A stretch of 32,000 bases of DNA from Pseudodesulfovibrio mercurii (GTDB taxonomy: Bacteria; Desulfobacterota; Desulfovibrionia; Desulfovibrionales; Desulfovibrionaceae), in the NCBI RefSeq assembly GCF_000189295.2, contig NC_016803.1, forward strand, positions 2,610,001 to 2,642,000, read 5' to 3'. Each line of letters starts with the position of its first letter. The stretch's first letter is position 1. The position numbers and the translations under genes were made by a program. The notes under the pieces were generated by a model. That model ran no database searches and had not been told where the DNA came from. It saw nothing but the letters and a program-made list of their open reading frames with translations. Positions 31,192 through 32,000 of the stretch are shown here, one piece after another.

Positions 31192-32000
31192 TGACCGACA
31201 AGAATGAAAAGCAGAAGAATTGGCGGATGACCCTGCCCGAGGAGTGGACCGTGCGCCAGACGGGCGAGGATGGGACCGAGACCGAGATCCCCCTGCGCGA
31301 CCATCCGGCGCTGGCCAAGTACGCCACCAAGGACGAGGCCGTGAAGGCCCTGGTCCATGCCCAGCGCATGCTCGGCAAGACCCCGGAGGGGTACGTGCGC
31401 CTGCCCGGCGACCAGGATTCGCCCGAGGACCAGGCCGCCTTCTACGCCGCCCTGGGCAGACCGGAGAAGCCGGACGGTTACGGCCTGCCGGACATGGACC
31501 TGCCCGACGGCTTCGAGCTCCGCGAGGACCTGATCGGCGGCCTGCGCGAGAAGTCCTTCGAGCTGGGGCTGACCCCCCGGCAGGTGGTCGGACTGTACGA
31601 GTGGTTCCTGCCCCTGGTCCTGGACACCCACCACGACATGACGGCCAAGGCGGCCCGGCTGCGCGAGACCGAGCTGGATTCCCTGCGCTCGGTGCACCGG
31701 GGCGACACCCCGTCGCTGCTCGATTCGGCCCTGCGCGCGGCCGAGGCCGTGGGCGGGCGCGAGCTGCTGGCCGCCCTGGACGACACGGGCGCGGGCAACC
31801 GGGCGGCGGTCATCAGCGCCTTCGCCAGGATCGCGCCCCTGGTCCTGGAGAGCGGCCTGCGCGGCTCGGCCCGTGGCTGGGGCGAGGACCTGACCATCGA
31901 GCGGCTGCGCGAGATGATGCAGGACCCGCGCTACAAGGACCCGACCCAGCGCGAGGATTCGTTCGTCAAGAAGGTCAACCAGGGCTTCGAGCTGCTCTAT
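31188..32000 (+). CDS. phage scaffolding-like protein, partial (runs off the window end)
   Basis: This ORF is not in the ORF track because it has no stop codon within the window. I translated it by hand from the ATGATG at 31188: MMTDKNEKQKNWRMTLPEEWTVRQ...DQAAFYAALGRPEKPDGYGLPDMDLPDGFEL...RLREMMQDPRYKDP...VNQGFELLY. The frame is open through 32000. Its position directly after the portal gene and its acidic, helical character fit a scaffold or assembly protein. Confidence 0.6.
   Translation, partial: MMTDKNEKQKNWRMTLPEEWTVRQTGEDGTETEIPLRDHPALAKYATKDEAVKALVHAQRMLGKTPEGYVRLPGDQDSPEDQAAFYAALGRPEKPDGYGLPDMDLPDGFELREDLIGGLREKSFELGLTPRQVVGLYEWFLPLVLDTHHDMTAKAARLRETELDSLRSVHRGDTPSLLDSALRAAEAVGGRELLAALDDTGAGNRAAVISAFARIAPLVLESGLRGSARGWGEDLTIERLREMMQDPRYKDPTQREDSFVKKVNQGFELLY

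Larger units (their letters stand above)
28934..32000 (+). mobile_element. phage-derived structural gene module (portal-scaffold order as in T7-like podoviruses); extends beyond the window
   Basis: Four co-directional, tightly packed or overlapping genes are present (29227/29229; 8-nt overlap at 30961-30968; 4-nt overlap at 31188-31191). They include a gp8-like portal and a scaffold-like protein. No terminase, integrase or att site is visible to the left. Confidence 0.55.

Overview
High-GC bacterial chromosome segment. Gene content and style fit a Desulfovibrio-like deltaproteobacterium, but that is a weak inference. Every call below comes from reading the ORF translations and the DNA by eye; no database search was run. 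1-10.8 kb: a BMP-family ABC substrate-binding lipoprotein, a small secreted protein, a 2,034-aa secreted protein with two tandem vWA domains, and a DUF389-type membrane protein. 11.0-21.3 kb: a visibly lower-GC block that is the most interesting part of the window. It encodes (a) an FHA-like/TM/trypsin-fold protease; (b) a small Rossmannoid protein with SLOG-like motifs; (c) a divergently transcribed N-terminal TIR / single-TM / 35 x 32-aa tandem-repeat protein, split by a frameshift inside the repeat array; and (d) a convergent 2-TM channel-like protein with two RCK/TrkA-N-like modules and C-terminal RyR-type repeats. An IS3-type transposase remnant and tRNA-Phe(GAA) follow this block, so it looks like a tRNA-associated genomic island. 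I propose it as a candidate undescribed NAD-signal (TIR) membrane defence or signalling system. 22.5-28.1 kb: housekeeping-type genes, namely tungsten-type aldehyde:ferredoxin oxidoreductase with a poly-ferredoxin partner, a GT-B glycosyltransferase and a GGDEF diguanylate cyclase. 28.1-28.9 kb: an unusually structured, G-tract-rich non-coding region. 28.9-32.0 kb: a phage structural module (small protein, T7 gp8-like portal, small protein, scaffold-like protein that runs off the window). Many long ORFs in the six-frame track are high-GC shadow ORFs and were rejected.
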